From: a virus
Taxonomy: Duplodnaviria; Caudoviricetes
Direction: 5' to 3' (one strand)
Length of the DNA stretch: 64,000 nucleotides
Virus record (IMG/VR): IMGVR_UViG_3300003962_000026
Span: 1-64,000 of that record
Below the pieces are notes generated by a model. The model searched no databases. It had not been told where the DNA came from and saw nothing but the letters and a program-made list of their open reading frames with translations. Shown in pieces: positions 1 to 10,200 of the stretch (its first letter is position 1; each line of letters starts with the position of its first letter). Made by a program: the position numbers and the translations under genes.

Positions 1-79
1 CTTATCTCCTACCTAATAGGTAAACAAGAGAAGAAAGATAGAACTAAAGATAATTCCTGAACCTTTCTCCCAAGGTTAC

Positions 80-120
80 ACCCTGATTATAGAGTTAAAC
101 CTCTATTTTCAGGGTTTTTT
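80..120 (+). terminator. Hairpin with T-tract (terminator-like)
   Basis: ACCCTGA-TT-ATAGAG / CTCTAT-TT-TCAGGGT stem (7 bp + 2x2 UU/UU loop + 6 bp) followed by a T run. Confidence 0.45.
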
Positions 121-492
121 ATTGTTTTTATTGTTTTTATTCTCTTTTTGGCTGCTCTATCTACACTAGAAAAAGGAAAACAGAAAGTATAAGAAGTACC
201 TGAGAATAATTTATAAAGACAAAAGAAAAAGAAAACCCCCCAAAACTTAAACTCAAGTCGCCTACTCCATTTATGGGAAATAGGCTATTTACCTGTTCCA
301 ATAGGAGTGTTTACCTAAAGTTGCGGTGGTCTATATATCTCACATAGATTCACTATGGATATAAAAAGAAAAAGCCCACGAATCTCTTCGCAGGCTCTAT
401 ATCCAAAAGCCTGCTTGAGAGCTGGAGCCAATCAAGAGGTTAGGACTAAAATATTTTTTAACTAACCACCTAAGCTCCAGCTAAGTGATGTG

Positions 493-524
493 CAATGATA
501 AGTATTAACTTTTTAATTTTCAAA
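493..524 (-). promoter_or_regulatory. Bacteroidota-type sigma promoter (leftward)
   Basis: Minus strand TTTG(524-521)-N20-TATCATTG(500-493); one mismatch to the TTTG-N19-21-TAnnTTTG consensus. Confidence 0.4.
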
Positions 525-647
525 TTTATAACCAATTTCAGTGAAAGTGATTATAAATTATACTTCCTTGTTTATATTTTATACATTGCAAAGCAAAGAT
601 AGTAATAGTTTGTTCTTAAAAAAGAAAAAAATTGTTAAAAAGATAAC

Positions 648-1100
648 TTGAAGAATCCTACAAAAACTGAAGAAAGATACAACTACTTACTTAAAGTAGG
701 ACAAAGATTAGCTAAGAAATTGAGGGGCTCTGCCAGTCCTCCTGAGGTAAATTTGTTAAAACTACTAAAGAAATTGGATTATAAGTTTAAGTTTCAGTAT
801 CCTATAGTCTGTAGAAAGTCACATCTTTTCATTCTAGACTTCTATTTTCCAGAGTTGGAAGTAGGGATAGAAGTACAAAGTAAGCAATGGCATTCTACCA
901 AAGAGCAAAAAGCTAAAGATGCTAAAAAGAAAAGGTTAGTAAAGAAAGAAGGTGTAGAAATTTTATATCTTTACCCAAAACAGATAGATTTACTAACCTC
1001 AGAATCCTTACTTCAGATAATAAAGATAGCAGAATTAATAAAAGAAGAAAAACAAAAAACCAATGGAGGAAATTCAGATAACAAAGTCACAAATAGTTAA
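648..1100 (+). CDS. DUF559/Vsr-like PD-(D/E)XK endonuclease
   Basis: FQYPI...LDFYFPELEVGIEVQSKQWH...D...L..EGVEILYL pattern of DUF559 nucleases; TTG start. Confidence 0.6.
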   Translation: MKNPTKTEERYNYLLKVGQRLAKKLRGSASPPEVNLLKLLKKLDYKFKFQYPIVCRKSHLFILDFYFPELEVGIEVQSKQWHSTKEQKAKDAKKKRLVKKEGVEILYLYPKQIDLLTSESLLQIIKIAELIKEEKQKTNGGNSDNKVTNS

Positions 1101-1278
1101 TGTAGAACGTCCTTTTGGACGTGGTGAAAGACAGGTAATTGTCACTCAAAATGGTAAATACGATATTCTCAAAGAAGGAGAGGTATTTGTAACAAAAATA
1201 GATGATGTCTACATAGCATATAAAATATTAGAAAACGGATTAGTAGAACAACTTGATAAATTCTTTACATTAAAATAA
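1063..1278 (+). CDS. Hypothetical protein (71 aa)
   Basis: ORF overlapping upstream stop, phage-like composition. Confidence 0.55.
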   Translation: MEEIQITKSQIVNVERPFGRGERQVIVTQNGKYDILKEGEVFVTKIDDVYIAYKILENGLVEQLDKFFTLK

Positions 1279-1293
1279 CACACAATATACAAA

Positions 1294-2610
1294 ATGGTTG
1301 CATTTGGCTTACCTATAGCAGTAACAATTGATTCATCTCAAATCCTTGACATAAGAAATCAACTAGTTCTAGTAGATTCTTCTTCTGGTAATATAACTGT
1401 ACAGCTACCAAATATAGTATCTTTTTTTGGTTCAAGGTCAGCTACCCAAGCCTTCTGTTTTGAAATAAAGAAAATTTCTGCTGCAAATACTGTAACAATA
1501 GAATCGTCTGTACCAGGAGTTTTAATAGACGGAGCTGCATCTATTTCATTAACAGCACTTTATGAAGCAGTTAAGCTTGAATTTGATGGATATAACTGGT
1601 ACATTCTTGCAGATTCAGGTAATGTTCCAATACCATTCATAGCCTCCGTATCCGATACTAATACAGTAGACCTTACAGTAACAGGAACAACCCTGTCAGC
1701 AGATGTAAACTACCAGAATACAGCAACTATAAACCTTTCAGAAGATGCCTCAGGTCTCAAAGCTGACTTTGCATCTATGGATATATCTCAGTTTACTGGA
1801 GTATTAACTGAAACTCATGGTGGAACCAATCAAAATACATATACTACAGGAGATATTTTGTACGCTTCTAACACAAACGTACTCTCTAAACTACCCATAG
1901 GCTCAGAATCAGACGTACTTACTGTATCTAACGGAGTTCCAGCGTATTTACCAGCAGTAAATCCAAGTAGAAGATTAGTATGGTATCAGGAATTTATGGG
2001 GGTATTAAATGCTTCGGTAGCCTCACAAGCTACTTATTTCGATAAGGACTTTTTTGCACAAGGACTATCCGATACTGCTGTAAACATATCTACGAACTCG
2101 CTTGTTTTGAGCACAGGGACTTCATCTACAGGAGCTGTTTATGCAGGAAGCAGGCAGGTGTATTTGGGATTAGGAGAAGTAAAATACGAGGCAGTTGTAA
2201 AGATTCCAGTTCTTTCAGTACTTGCGCAGCGTTTTTATGTAAGGATAGGGTTGTTTAATACCAGAACAGTTGCTGGAAATACAAATGGAATATGGTTTGA
2301 GTACAAGGACGATGTAAATTCTGGAAACTGGACGATTAATACCATGTCAGCAAGCGCGCCAACATCGGCTAATACATCCACAGCCCCGGTAGCTGATACT
2401 TACGCGAGATACACGATAATAATTAACGCAGCGAACACTTTAGCCACATTTTATATAGATGGGGTATCTGTAGGCTCTATATCTACTACACTCCCCGCAT
2501 CGCTAACATCTTCTGCGCTAATAGGAATAGAAAAAACAGCAGGAGGAACAGCAAGGACTATTCAAGCCGATTACATGTATTTATCCATTACATTTACTAC
2601 GCCGAGATAA
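1294..2610 (+). CDS. Putative tail fibre / receptor-binding protein
   Basis: VDSSSGNITVQLP...IDGAASISL...DGYNWYIL and ETHGGTNQ..YTTGDILYAS..LPIG motifs typical of phage fibre proteins; beta-rich Thr/Ser/Gly C-terminal domain. Confidence 0.6.
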   Translation: MVAFGLPIAVTIDSSQILDIRNQLVLVDSSSGNITVQLPNIVSFFGSRSATQAFCFEIKKISAANTVTIESSVPGVLIDGAASISLTALYEAVKLEFDGYNWYILADSGNVPIPFIASVSDTNTVDLTVTGTTLSADVNYQNTATINLSEDASGLKADFASMDISQFTGVLTETHGGTNQNTYTTGDILYASNTNVLSKLPIGSESDVLTVSNGVPAYLPAVNPSRRLVWYQEFMGVLNASVASQATYFDKDFFAQGLSDTAVNISTNSLVLSTGTSSTGAVYAGSRQVYLGLGEVKYEAVVKIPVLSVLAQRFYVRIGLFNTRTVAGNTNGIWFEYKDDVNSGNWTINTMSASAPTSANTSTAPVADTYARYTIIINAANTLATFYIDGVSVGSISTTLPASLTSSALIGIEKTAGGTARTIQADYMYLSITFTTPR

Positions 2611-2633
2611 TTTGTTAATTTTTGTTAAATCTA

Positions 2634-2664
2634 TTGACAACTCTTTATATCTACCTTATATTTA
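2634..2664 (+). promoter_or_regulatory. Housekeeping-sigma promoter
   Basis: TTGACA(2634-2639)-N17-TATATT(2657-2662); also fits Bacteroidota TTG-N20-TATATTTA; upstream of ATG 2680. Confidence 0.55.
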
Positions 2665-2679
2665 CTAAAACAGATAATT

Positions 2680-3138
2680 ATGAAAGAAGATGATAAACCA
2701 TCACCTCCACCCTCAGAACCAATTAAACCCAAACCTACAAATGACAATAAACCATCCTTTGCATTTGAGGAACTTTTACTTGAGTTTATAGAAGAGATAA
2801 ACGGTGTTAAGTACTTAGCATTCAGGGTATCCGATAAATTCATTGTATCCATGCCTAAATTCTCCTATTATGAGTATCTGGATAATATCTTCACCCTTAG
2901 AGAAGAAGCTCAAAATGAAGGTAAAGAATGTATTTGTGATATATGCGAACCTGATTTTACAGAAATCCCAGAAGCCGATGCTAAACTTCATACCTTCAAA
3001 ATAACCAAAAATGAACAAGGGGATGAGGAAATAGATGAAACTACAGATAATATACCTTTCTATAGCATCTATAACCTGGTAGAAAACACCAAAGTTGCCT
3101 TTCATCCCAATCACGAAAATACTGATTCAAATGACTAA
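2680..3138 (+). CDS. Hypothetical protein (152 aa, Pro-rich N-terminus)
   Basis: ORF downstream of promoter, stop overlaps next start. Confidence 0.6.
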   Translation: MKEDDKPSPPPSEPIKPKPTNDNKPSFAFEELLLEFIEEINGVKYLAFRVSDKFIVSMPKFSYYEYLDNIFTLREEAQNEGKECICDICEPDFTEIPEADAKLHTFKITKNEQGDEEIDETTDNIPFYSIYNLVENTKVAFHPNHENTDSND

Positions 3139-3970
3139 AAAAATCATTGAAGATTTTCTACTCTCAAAAGCAGGGTATATTAAAAAAAATCCATTACTTG
3201 TAGCTAAAGCCTTATGGACAAATTCCTCCAATCACAATCGTCCTAAGAATGCTAAAGAGCTAAATAAAGAACTAGAGTGGATAAAGGAAATACAATCCAA
3301 CTTAAGAAAAGCTAAGAGTATAGAACAAGAAAGTTCAGATAATAATATTCTATCTATCTATCAAAGAATTGTAGATGAAAAGAACAGACCTAAGAAAGTA
3401 CTTCTTTTTGACCTCGAAGTATCCCCAAATCTGGTATTCTCCTGGAGAATAGGGTCTGAAGTCTCTCTTAGTACTGAAAATATAGTAAAAGAAAGGTCTA
3501 TTATATGCGTAGCTTATAAATGGTTAAATGACCCTAAGACCTACTGTATAGAATGGAATAAAGGTGATGATAAGGAATTACTTCAAAAGTTCTCAAAAAT
3601 AATAGAGTCTGCTGATATAGTACTTGGTCAAAATTCAGATTCATTCGATGTTAAATGGTTGAGAACCAGGTGTTTATATCACAGAATTCCACTATCTCCT
3701 AAGTTTAATCAAATTGATACCCTTAAGATAGCCAAAGCCCAGTTTAAATTTAACTCAAACAAACTTGACTATATGGCTAAATTCCTTGGACATGGAGGTA
3801 AAATAAAGACAGAATATGACTTATGGAAGAATATAACCCTTAACAACTGTAAGGCATCTATGTCTAAAATGGTTACCTACTGTAAGGAGGATGTAAATAT
3901 TCTGGAAAAGGTGTACTTAGATATGCAACCATATGCCCCACAAAAGAAGTTTAAATATACTATAAAGTGA
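3131..3970 (+). CDS. RNase H-like DEDD 3'-5' exonuclease
   Basis: LFDLEVS (ExoI), GQNSDSFDV (ExoII), IDTL, YCKEDV (ExoIII); start placed at ATG 3131 overlapping upstream stop rather than 3095. Confidence 0.75.
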   Translation: MTKKIIEDFLLSKAGYIKKNPLLVAKALWTNSSNHNRPKNAKELNKELEWIKEIQSNLRKAKSIEQESSDNNILSIYQRIVDEKNRPKKVLLFDLEVSPNLVFSWRIGSEVSLSTENIVKERSIICVAYKWLNDPKTYCIEWNKGDDKELLQKFSKIIESADIVLGQNSDSFDVKWLRTRCLYHRIPLSPKFNQIDTLKIAKAQFKFNSNKLDYMAKFLGHGGKIKTEYDLWKNITLNNCKASMSKMVTYCKEDVNILEKVYLDMQPYAPQKKFKYTIK

Positions 3971-4245
3971 TTAACAACAAGAAATATACAGACGAAATAG
4001 GGTCTACTTATCCTTATTATACCAAAAGTCATAATACTGACTTTCTCATAAAAATAGAAGAAGTGTGGGATAAAGAGGTATATAGTGGAACTTATACAGA
4101 ACCAATGTGGTTACAGTACAAAATAGCAGTAATTAAAGAAGGTGGTATTATAAAAGAAATACCTATTGGATTTAATTTAATTGGATATAATTTATATCAA
4201 GTTTTAGAAGAAGTATGGCGATGGAGTGTACATTTAAAATCTTAG
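3967..4245 (+). CDS. Hypothetical protein (92 aa)
   Basis: GTGA start/stop overlap with upstream gene. Confidence 0.55.
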   Translation: MINNKKYTDEIGSTYPYYTKSHNTDFLIKIEEVWDKEVYSGTYTEPMWLQYKIAVIKEGGIIKEIPIGFNLIGYNLYQVLEEVWRWSVHLKS

Positions 4246-4442
4246 GAGATACCCGTAAAATATACATAAACAACACCTTACATGTATATTTTAATGAACC
4301 AATTATAGCCTTCCAATCCTTTAAAATGGAAAATAACTGGTTCAAAATAGAATTCCTCCTAAAAGACACCACCCTTCTCGTGGAATATGATTCAGAAGAT
4401 AAATGGTTAGCTATTCTTAAACTATTAGATGAAAACTTATGA
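4215..4442 (+). CDS. Hypothetical protein (75 aa)
   Basis: ATGA coupling to next gene. Confidence 0.55.
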   Translation: MAMECTFKILGDTRKIYINNTLHVYFNEPIIAFQSFKMENNWFKIEFLLKDTTLLVEYDSEDKWLAILKLLDENL

Positions 4443-4699
4443 AAGAACGTACCAGAGAAGAATTATTAAAGTTAATAGAAGAACAATATAAAGACCCTCC
4501 TTTTTCTATAAAAAGGTATCAATGGGAGGAAAATGGAGAAAGTTATTCAGCTTGGGATATATCTACACCAGGGATGACATTACATACGGGAGATGGTGGA
4601 ATTATAGAATTTGTTAGAGTATTACAAGAAACATTTCAAGAAGAATTAAAAAATTTCAAATATGACCCAAACACAGACATACCCAGTAACCTTCTATAA
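4439..4699 (+). CDS. Hypothetical protein (86 aa)
   Basis: Coupled small ORF. Confidence 0.55.
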   Translation: MKERTREELLKLIEEQYKDPPFSIKRYQWEENGESYSAWDISTPGMTLHTGDGGIIEFVRVLQETFQEELKNFKYDPNTDIPSNLL

Positions 4700-4820
4700 A
4701 TCGTATGACATGGCTGAAGAAGGTCATTATCTCTTGTTTAAGGAAGAAACAGAAGATGGGTATAAATATACCTTAGAACCTATAAAAGAGCCTGTAATAG
4801 AAGATACACAAGTGTCCTAA
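4662..4820 (+). CDS. Small hypothetical protein (52 aa, not in ORF track)
   Basis: MTQTQTYPVTFYKSYDMAEEGHYLLF...; fills the gap before the hairpin. Confidence 0.45.
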   Translation: MTQTQTYPVTFYKSYDMAEEGHYLLFKEETEDGYKYTLEPIKEPVIEDTQVS

Positions 4821-4844
4821 ATAGTAGACATACATTAAATTCAC

Positions 4845-4882
4845 TGAAAATGGTTAGGAATTTCATTTCTAGCCATATTTCA
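4845..4882 (+). promoter_or_regulatory. Intergenic hairpin before tail module
   Basis: TGAAA-ATGGTTAGGAA / TTCTAGCCAT-ATTTCA imperfect inverted repeat. Confidence 0.35.
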
Positions 4883-4912
4883 TTTATATTAACACCTTAA
4901 TTATTAATTTAA

Positions 4913-5659
4913 ATGACTGTAAGACAATTTATATCTGATATTACAAACAACGTAAAAGCTCTATCCATAGATAGCTTTCTACCACCTAAATTAATACATA
5001 GTAAGACTAAATCTATAATAGCCAACTTCCTGAAAAAAGATGTGAATGCTAATCGAATGCTCTATAAAGTAGTAGAGGGATGGGTAGAGATAGAAGCCTT
5101 GCAAATGGAAGAAGTTCCTGTAACTACTTGTGACTTAGATACAAGGATATGTCAGAAACTTATGAAGTCAACTTTAAAGCTGCCAGCTATATATAGCTCT
5201 AAGTTTGGCCCTATGATTAAGCAAGCTATGTCAATTAACTTTGGAAATCAGTATAGTTTTATAGGTTCACCTTCTCAATGGAAGTCAATACAGAAGAGAA
5301 AGTACCAAGACCCAGACAAAAAGTATTTCTTCTTTATAGGAGATTATATCTATATTCCAATTAAAAATGCTGCTGAACCAAGCCCTGAAGTTATACGATT
5401 AGAAATATATCCACAGGATATGTTTGAAGTAAACGAATTCAAGAAAAAGATAAATACTTCAAATTGTAAAGATTGTAGTAACCAGGTAGATAATTGTCCA
5501 AAACTTCTTGATTATGAATTAGTTATACCATATTTCCTGGAAGATGATGTTAAAAAGGAAGTAGTAAACCAGCTAGCTCAGGTTAATTTAAAAGTCAGAA
5601 CAGATGACTCCCCTAACCTTGCTAGCAATAAAATAACAAATCCAACAAATATAGGATGA
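4913..5659 (+). CDS. Tail ring (tubular) protein, crAss-like
   Basis: Size and synteny (ring, IHF-like, ring, muzzle, cargo) as in crAss-like tail modules. Confidence 0.55.
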   Translation: MTVRQFISDITNNVKALSIDSFLPPKLIHSKTKSIIANFLKKDVNANRMLYKVVEGWVEIEALQMEEVPVTTCDLDTRICQKLMKSTLKLPAIYSSKFGPMIKQAMSINFGNQYSFIGSPSQWKSIQKRKYQDPDKKYFFFIGDYIYIPIKNAAEPSPEVIRLEIYPQDMFEVNEFKKKINTSNCKDCSNQVDNCPKLLDYELVIPYFLEDDVKKEVVNQLAQVNLKVRTDDSPNLASNKITNPTNIG

Positions 5660-6261
5660 AGCTAAAAACCAAAAAGGGAATTGTAAAAACAGGTACTAAA
5701 GAGAATGTATTTGATGAAGAATTATGTAACAAGATAAGAAAAAGACTACATCTCTCAAAGAAAGAACTTCCAGATTCACATATCAGAAAGGTAGTAAATC
5801 TATCTAATTCTGAGATAGGTAAGTGGATAATTGAGAATGCTGAAGGTTTTGTTGTAGAGGCTGATATGGGTGTTTTAGCCCCATCCAAACATATGCCAAA
5901 GGAACTCAGGGAAAATAAGGAAACAACTATAGATAAAATAACCTATGAAATTCCAGTATCTCCCCTAAGAAGAAAACAACTACTTGAAAGGTATAATATT
6001 GATATAGGTAGAAGGATTAATGGAAAGAAGTTGATTCTTCTTAAAGAAAAAATACCATTTATCAATCTACATAGCTATTTCTATACATTTCGATTAATGT
6101 GGTTCAATCATCGAAATTGCCCCATTAGGAAAGCAAGGTCTTATGAATTTAAACCTACGAGATTACTAAACAGGCTTTTCTTTATGTCAATTATAAATGG
6201 TAAGGATTATTATGAATGGAATTTCAATGATTTCTATTCCTATAAAGTAAAAGCAGAATAA
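5656..6261 (+). CDS. IHF/HU-like protein of crAss-like tail module
   Basis: Basic N-terminal helices then F....MG.L pattern; position between ring proteins. Confidence 0.5.
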   Translation: MKLKTKKGIVKTGTKENVFDEELCNKIRKRLHLSKKELPDSHIRKVVNLSNSEIGKWIIENAEGFVVEADMGVLAPSKHMPKELRENKETTIDKITYEIPVSPLRRKQLLERYNIDIGRRINGKKLILLKEKIPFINLHSYFYTFRLMWFNHRNCPIRKARSYEFKPTRLLNRLFFMSIINGKDYYEWNFNDFYSYKVKAE

Positions 6262-6287
6262 ATTTTAATAGTAATAAAAGTAATATT

Positions 6288-7205
6288 ATGGATTTCAATA
6301 TGATACCCTGTGATTCTATACTTGCACGATTAGAGGATGAATTTGCATCCTACCAGGCAAATGGATTACTTGATACAGGTAAACTACTAACTCAGATAGT
6401 GTGGTTCTCCCAACATATGGGAATAGCAGTATTTGGTCAGGAAGAGACTGTTTTACATTTAAAGAGTAATAAAGCCCAACTACCTTGTGATTTCTACTTA
6501 CTAGATTCTGCATGGTTATGTGACGCCAGACCTCAAAATACTATACTTAATTTTCAGTCTAAAATTCAAGTTTATACAGAAAAGGTATGTGAGGATGTAA
6601 TAAATCATGGTAATTGCTATCTACCAAATACAAATAACTTATACCCTGTATCTGTATCAGCATGTAATATGGATACTCCATTAACCAAAAGTACCATTAC
6701 AGAATACGTTGCTTCCCCTGATTCTCAATTAGTTACGTGGAATAATCCAATACTCCTTAAAATAAACAATAAGAAGTCTGTAGCTCCAAATTGTTCAAAA
6801 GACTGTCAATGTCTTTTCTCCAAATGTCCTGATGAGATATCTATAAAGAAGCAGGGAGATTCATTCTATCTCTACTCTACCCTGGAAAATCCCATCATAT
6901 ATGTAAAGTATTACTCTTACCCTATAGATAAGGAAACATCACTACCTCTAGTACCTGATGACCCTATTCTCCAGGAGGCTTTGTACTATCACCTGGCTTT
7001 CTATTTCCTGTCTTCTATATGGTTAAATGGAGATGATGTAAACTTAGAATCAAAAATCAAATTTTTAAGTGAAATGAAAAAGGAGAAGATGGGAGATGCT
7101 CTCTACTTATCAAAATTACCTAAATTTTCTACCATGATTAATACAGCCAGAAGAATAAGGTCAAAATGGGCGAGTTATGAAATTATGGGTTCACGACACT
7201 GGTAA
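6288..7205 (+). CDS. Tail ring (P22 gp4-like tubular) protein
   Basis: Immediately upstream of muzzle gene; LVPDDP..QEAL.Y-type motif. Confidence 0.55.
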   Translation: MDFNMIPCDSILARLEDEFASYQANGLLDTGKLLTQIVWFSQHMGIAVFGQEETVLHLKSNKAQLPCDFYLLDSAWLCDARPQNTILNFQSKIQVYTEKVCEDVINHGNCYLPNTNNLYPVSVSACNMDTPLTKSTITEYVASPDSQLVTWNNPILLKINNKKSVAPNCSKDCQCLFSKCPDEISIKKQGDSFYLYSTLENPIIYVKYYSYPIDKETSLPLVPDDPILQEALYYHLAFYFLSSIWLNGDDVNLESKIKFLSEMKKEKMGDALYLSKLPKFSTMINTARRIRSKWASYEIMGSRHW

Positions 7206-7213
7206 TATATAAA

Positions 7214-10200
7214 ATGGCAGATAATACACAAAATTCAGTTAATGTTCCTAAGATTGGAATGCAGCTTTGGAAGCATCCTCAGGATTTAGAGAATACTGAA
7301 TTTTCTCTACTTCTCAATGGTAATATTCAATCTTCAGTTGGTACTTTCATTAAAGTGTCAAATGAACATTCTAATTTGCTATGTTCAAGATTTAAGGAAG
7401 GATTTAAAGTAATAGGTATCTTACCCATAAATATACAGGAAAGAACTATTTACTTTCTGGTAAATCCAGAAACAAATGAATCAGAAATAGGTGAAATAAA
7501 GAATATTAGTTATAGTGATAAAAATGATATAGAAGTTTTCTGTAAAGAATGTAAAAATTCATCATTGCCTGATATCCCATTGGAGCAAGTAGAGCAGAAT
7601 GCTAATTGTACTTATTCCACTATTATATCAGCCTCGTGTCTTAACTTTTCCATAAACCATCCCATATCAGCAACTTACGAAATAGGAGTAGATGTTCTTT
7701 CAGGATTACCTAATTGCAATACTACAATCTTCTTTGCTGACGATTTAAATTCACGAAGATTCATAGATTTAGAAAATCCACCATACATACTTCTTGGTCA
7801 TGAAGATAATGACTGTAAAATACCAATCTATTCTAAAGACCTGGATTGCAATAAAATAAAAGTACAGAGAGATTATCAGGAATTATGTATATCTGCCACA
7901 GATATCACAACAGGAGGAGCTCTATCAGCAGGAGTATACCAATTTACCGGTGCGTATTCTACACCAATAGGAATTCCTATTACAGATTATTTTCTAGTCA
8001 CAAATCCAATACCACTATATAATAAACAGAGAACAATAACTATACAGACAGATTATCCTACAGATAAATCAATAAAATTACAGATATCAAATCTGGATAG
8101 TAAATTTTCACATTTTAATCTGGTAGTCCTAAAGACTATAAATCAAACAACTACTCCCTTTCTTATAGGCACCTTTCCTGTTCAATCTGACATTTTTTCC
8201 TATACTTATACAGGAAATAACTATGAAAATGAAGTACGATTAGATATAGCTGAAATACTCCGTAGGAGACCTATATACGATACTGCTAAAACAGTAATAA
8301 CAGCTAATAAACTGCTATTCTGGAAAGGTTTAAAAGAACAAAGGGAGATAAATCTACAACCTTCAGTAAATACCCTACATCCGTACTGGCAAACTGTACA
8401 GGCTCCTCAGGATTTTTACTCAGACTCTATAAATGCAACCAATGTAGGGTATTGTAGAGACGAGGTAGTCCCTCTTTCTATATATTTTAAATTCAATAAT
8501 GGATTTAAAACTGCTGATTTTCTTATATCGGGGAAAGATGCAGATTATTACCAGGTAAATTATTCTGTAGATGTAAATTCTACCTTCCCTACAAATTCTC
8601 CAAATGTACTACCTGTAAGTAACTGTGAGAATGTATATAGAGACAAATATTGGCAGATATACAATAGTGGATTTAAGATAGGTAATTCAAATTGCCCACC
8701 TCAAGGTAGAGGTAGTTGTTCATATACTCCTTACGAATATGGGGATTTTGCATATTGGGAGTCCTCCTTGACTTATCCAAATAATCCTGATGTATGGGGA
8801 GATTTATGTGGAAAACCTATAAGATATACTAAATTTCCAGATAACTGTATAACTCATATACATGATAATCCCACTGATAACAATTTTACAACCACTAATA
8901 ATATATATCCTATAGGTATTCTTATACCTATAGATGAAATAAAAAGAGTATTAAATGATGCTGTAGATAAAGGTCTTATTTCAGAACAGGAAAAACTACA
9001 GATAAATGGATATGGTATAAAAAGAGCAAACCGTAGGTCAAATAAATCTATTATAGCAAAAGGATTATTATATGATGTATGGAAAACTCCATTCCTGGAT
9101 GGAGATGGTAATATTTTACCAGACCAATCTATTCAATATTTTGCTAATTTTCCATATAATGATTTACATGATAATATCTTCCTTAACTCGATTAAAATAC
9201 CAAATGGTTCTCCACCCCCTACAAATATTCCAATACCAATACCACATCCATTTTCACCAACATTAGAAAATAACAGATATGTATTTCATAGTCCGAATAC
9301 ACACTTCAATCAACCATTACTTGGGTCTGAAATAAAGTTAGAAACAGTAGAATATGGGGTATCTAGAGGTCAATTTGTAAATGTTGATGACCACTCAGAA
9401 TATATCCTCTTAAAACAAGGAGGTTACACACTTGCCGGAATATTAGCTACATCAGAGGCCCTTTTAGAAGTTCTTATATCAGGAGGTAATCAAATTTCAG
9501 GGACAACAGTACCTAATGGTATTGTAATTGGGATAATAACCTCTTCTCTCAGTAATCTATTTATATATATTCAGCAATGGATTGATATTATAAAGAAATT
9601 AGGACAAAGAAGAAACTATGCATCCTATTATACATCAATAGGTAATTATTCAAATTATTGTTGTGTTACAAAACAGGAAGCTGTAAGATTTCAGTCCATT
9701 TTAACAAATGGATTATATCTTCAGCCTGGAAATATTCAATTTATAGAAAATTCTGAAAACATATACCTGAATAATGTCAGGAGAGAAAGTTCTGTATATT
9801 TATCTATAGCAGGAGATGATAAGAAATTTAAACCAGTGCAGTTTTTTTGCCCTCACGAAGATAATAGTAGAGTTAATTATCCTTCATGCATAGGGGCTAA
9901 CCAGCTTCCTAATCTTAATTCAAATATAGATAGTTCCATATCTTCATTTTATATTTCTATAAAAAATTATGTACCAGACCAATATGGCACACCAGACCAA
10001 ATAGAATGGTTAGATACAGGGTATTGTGGTAAAATAGAGTGGAATAACTCCTCTCAGGATACTGCCTGTGATACTATATTTGGAGGAGATACCTATATAA
10101 ATAAATTCTCTCATAAGATAAAATTCCCATTCTTCACCCAAGAAAGGGTTGGGTATGGGCCAGATGCAGATGTACAATACTCCCTATTAGGTAATGTAGG

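Noticed and set aside
121-141. ATTGTTTTT x2 repeat
   Set aside because: Low-complexity and expected by chance in AT-rich DNA
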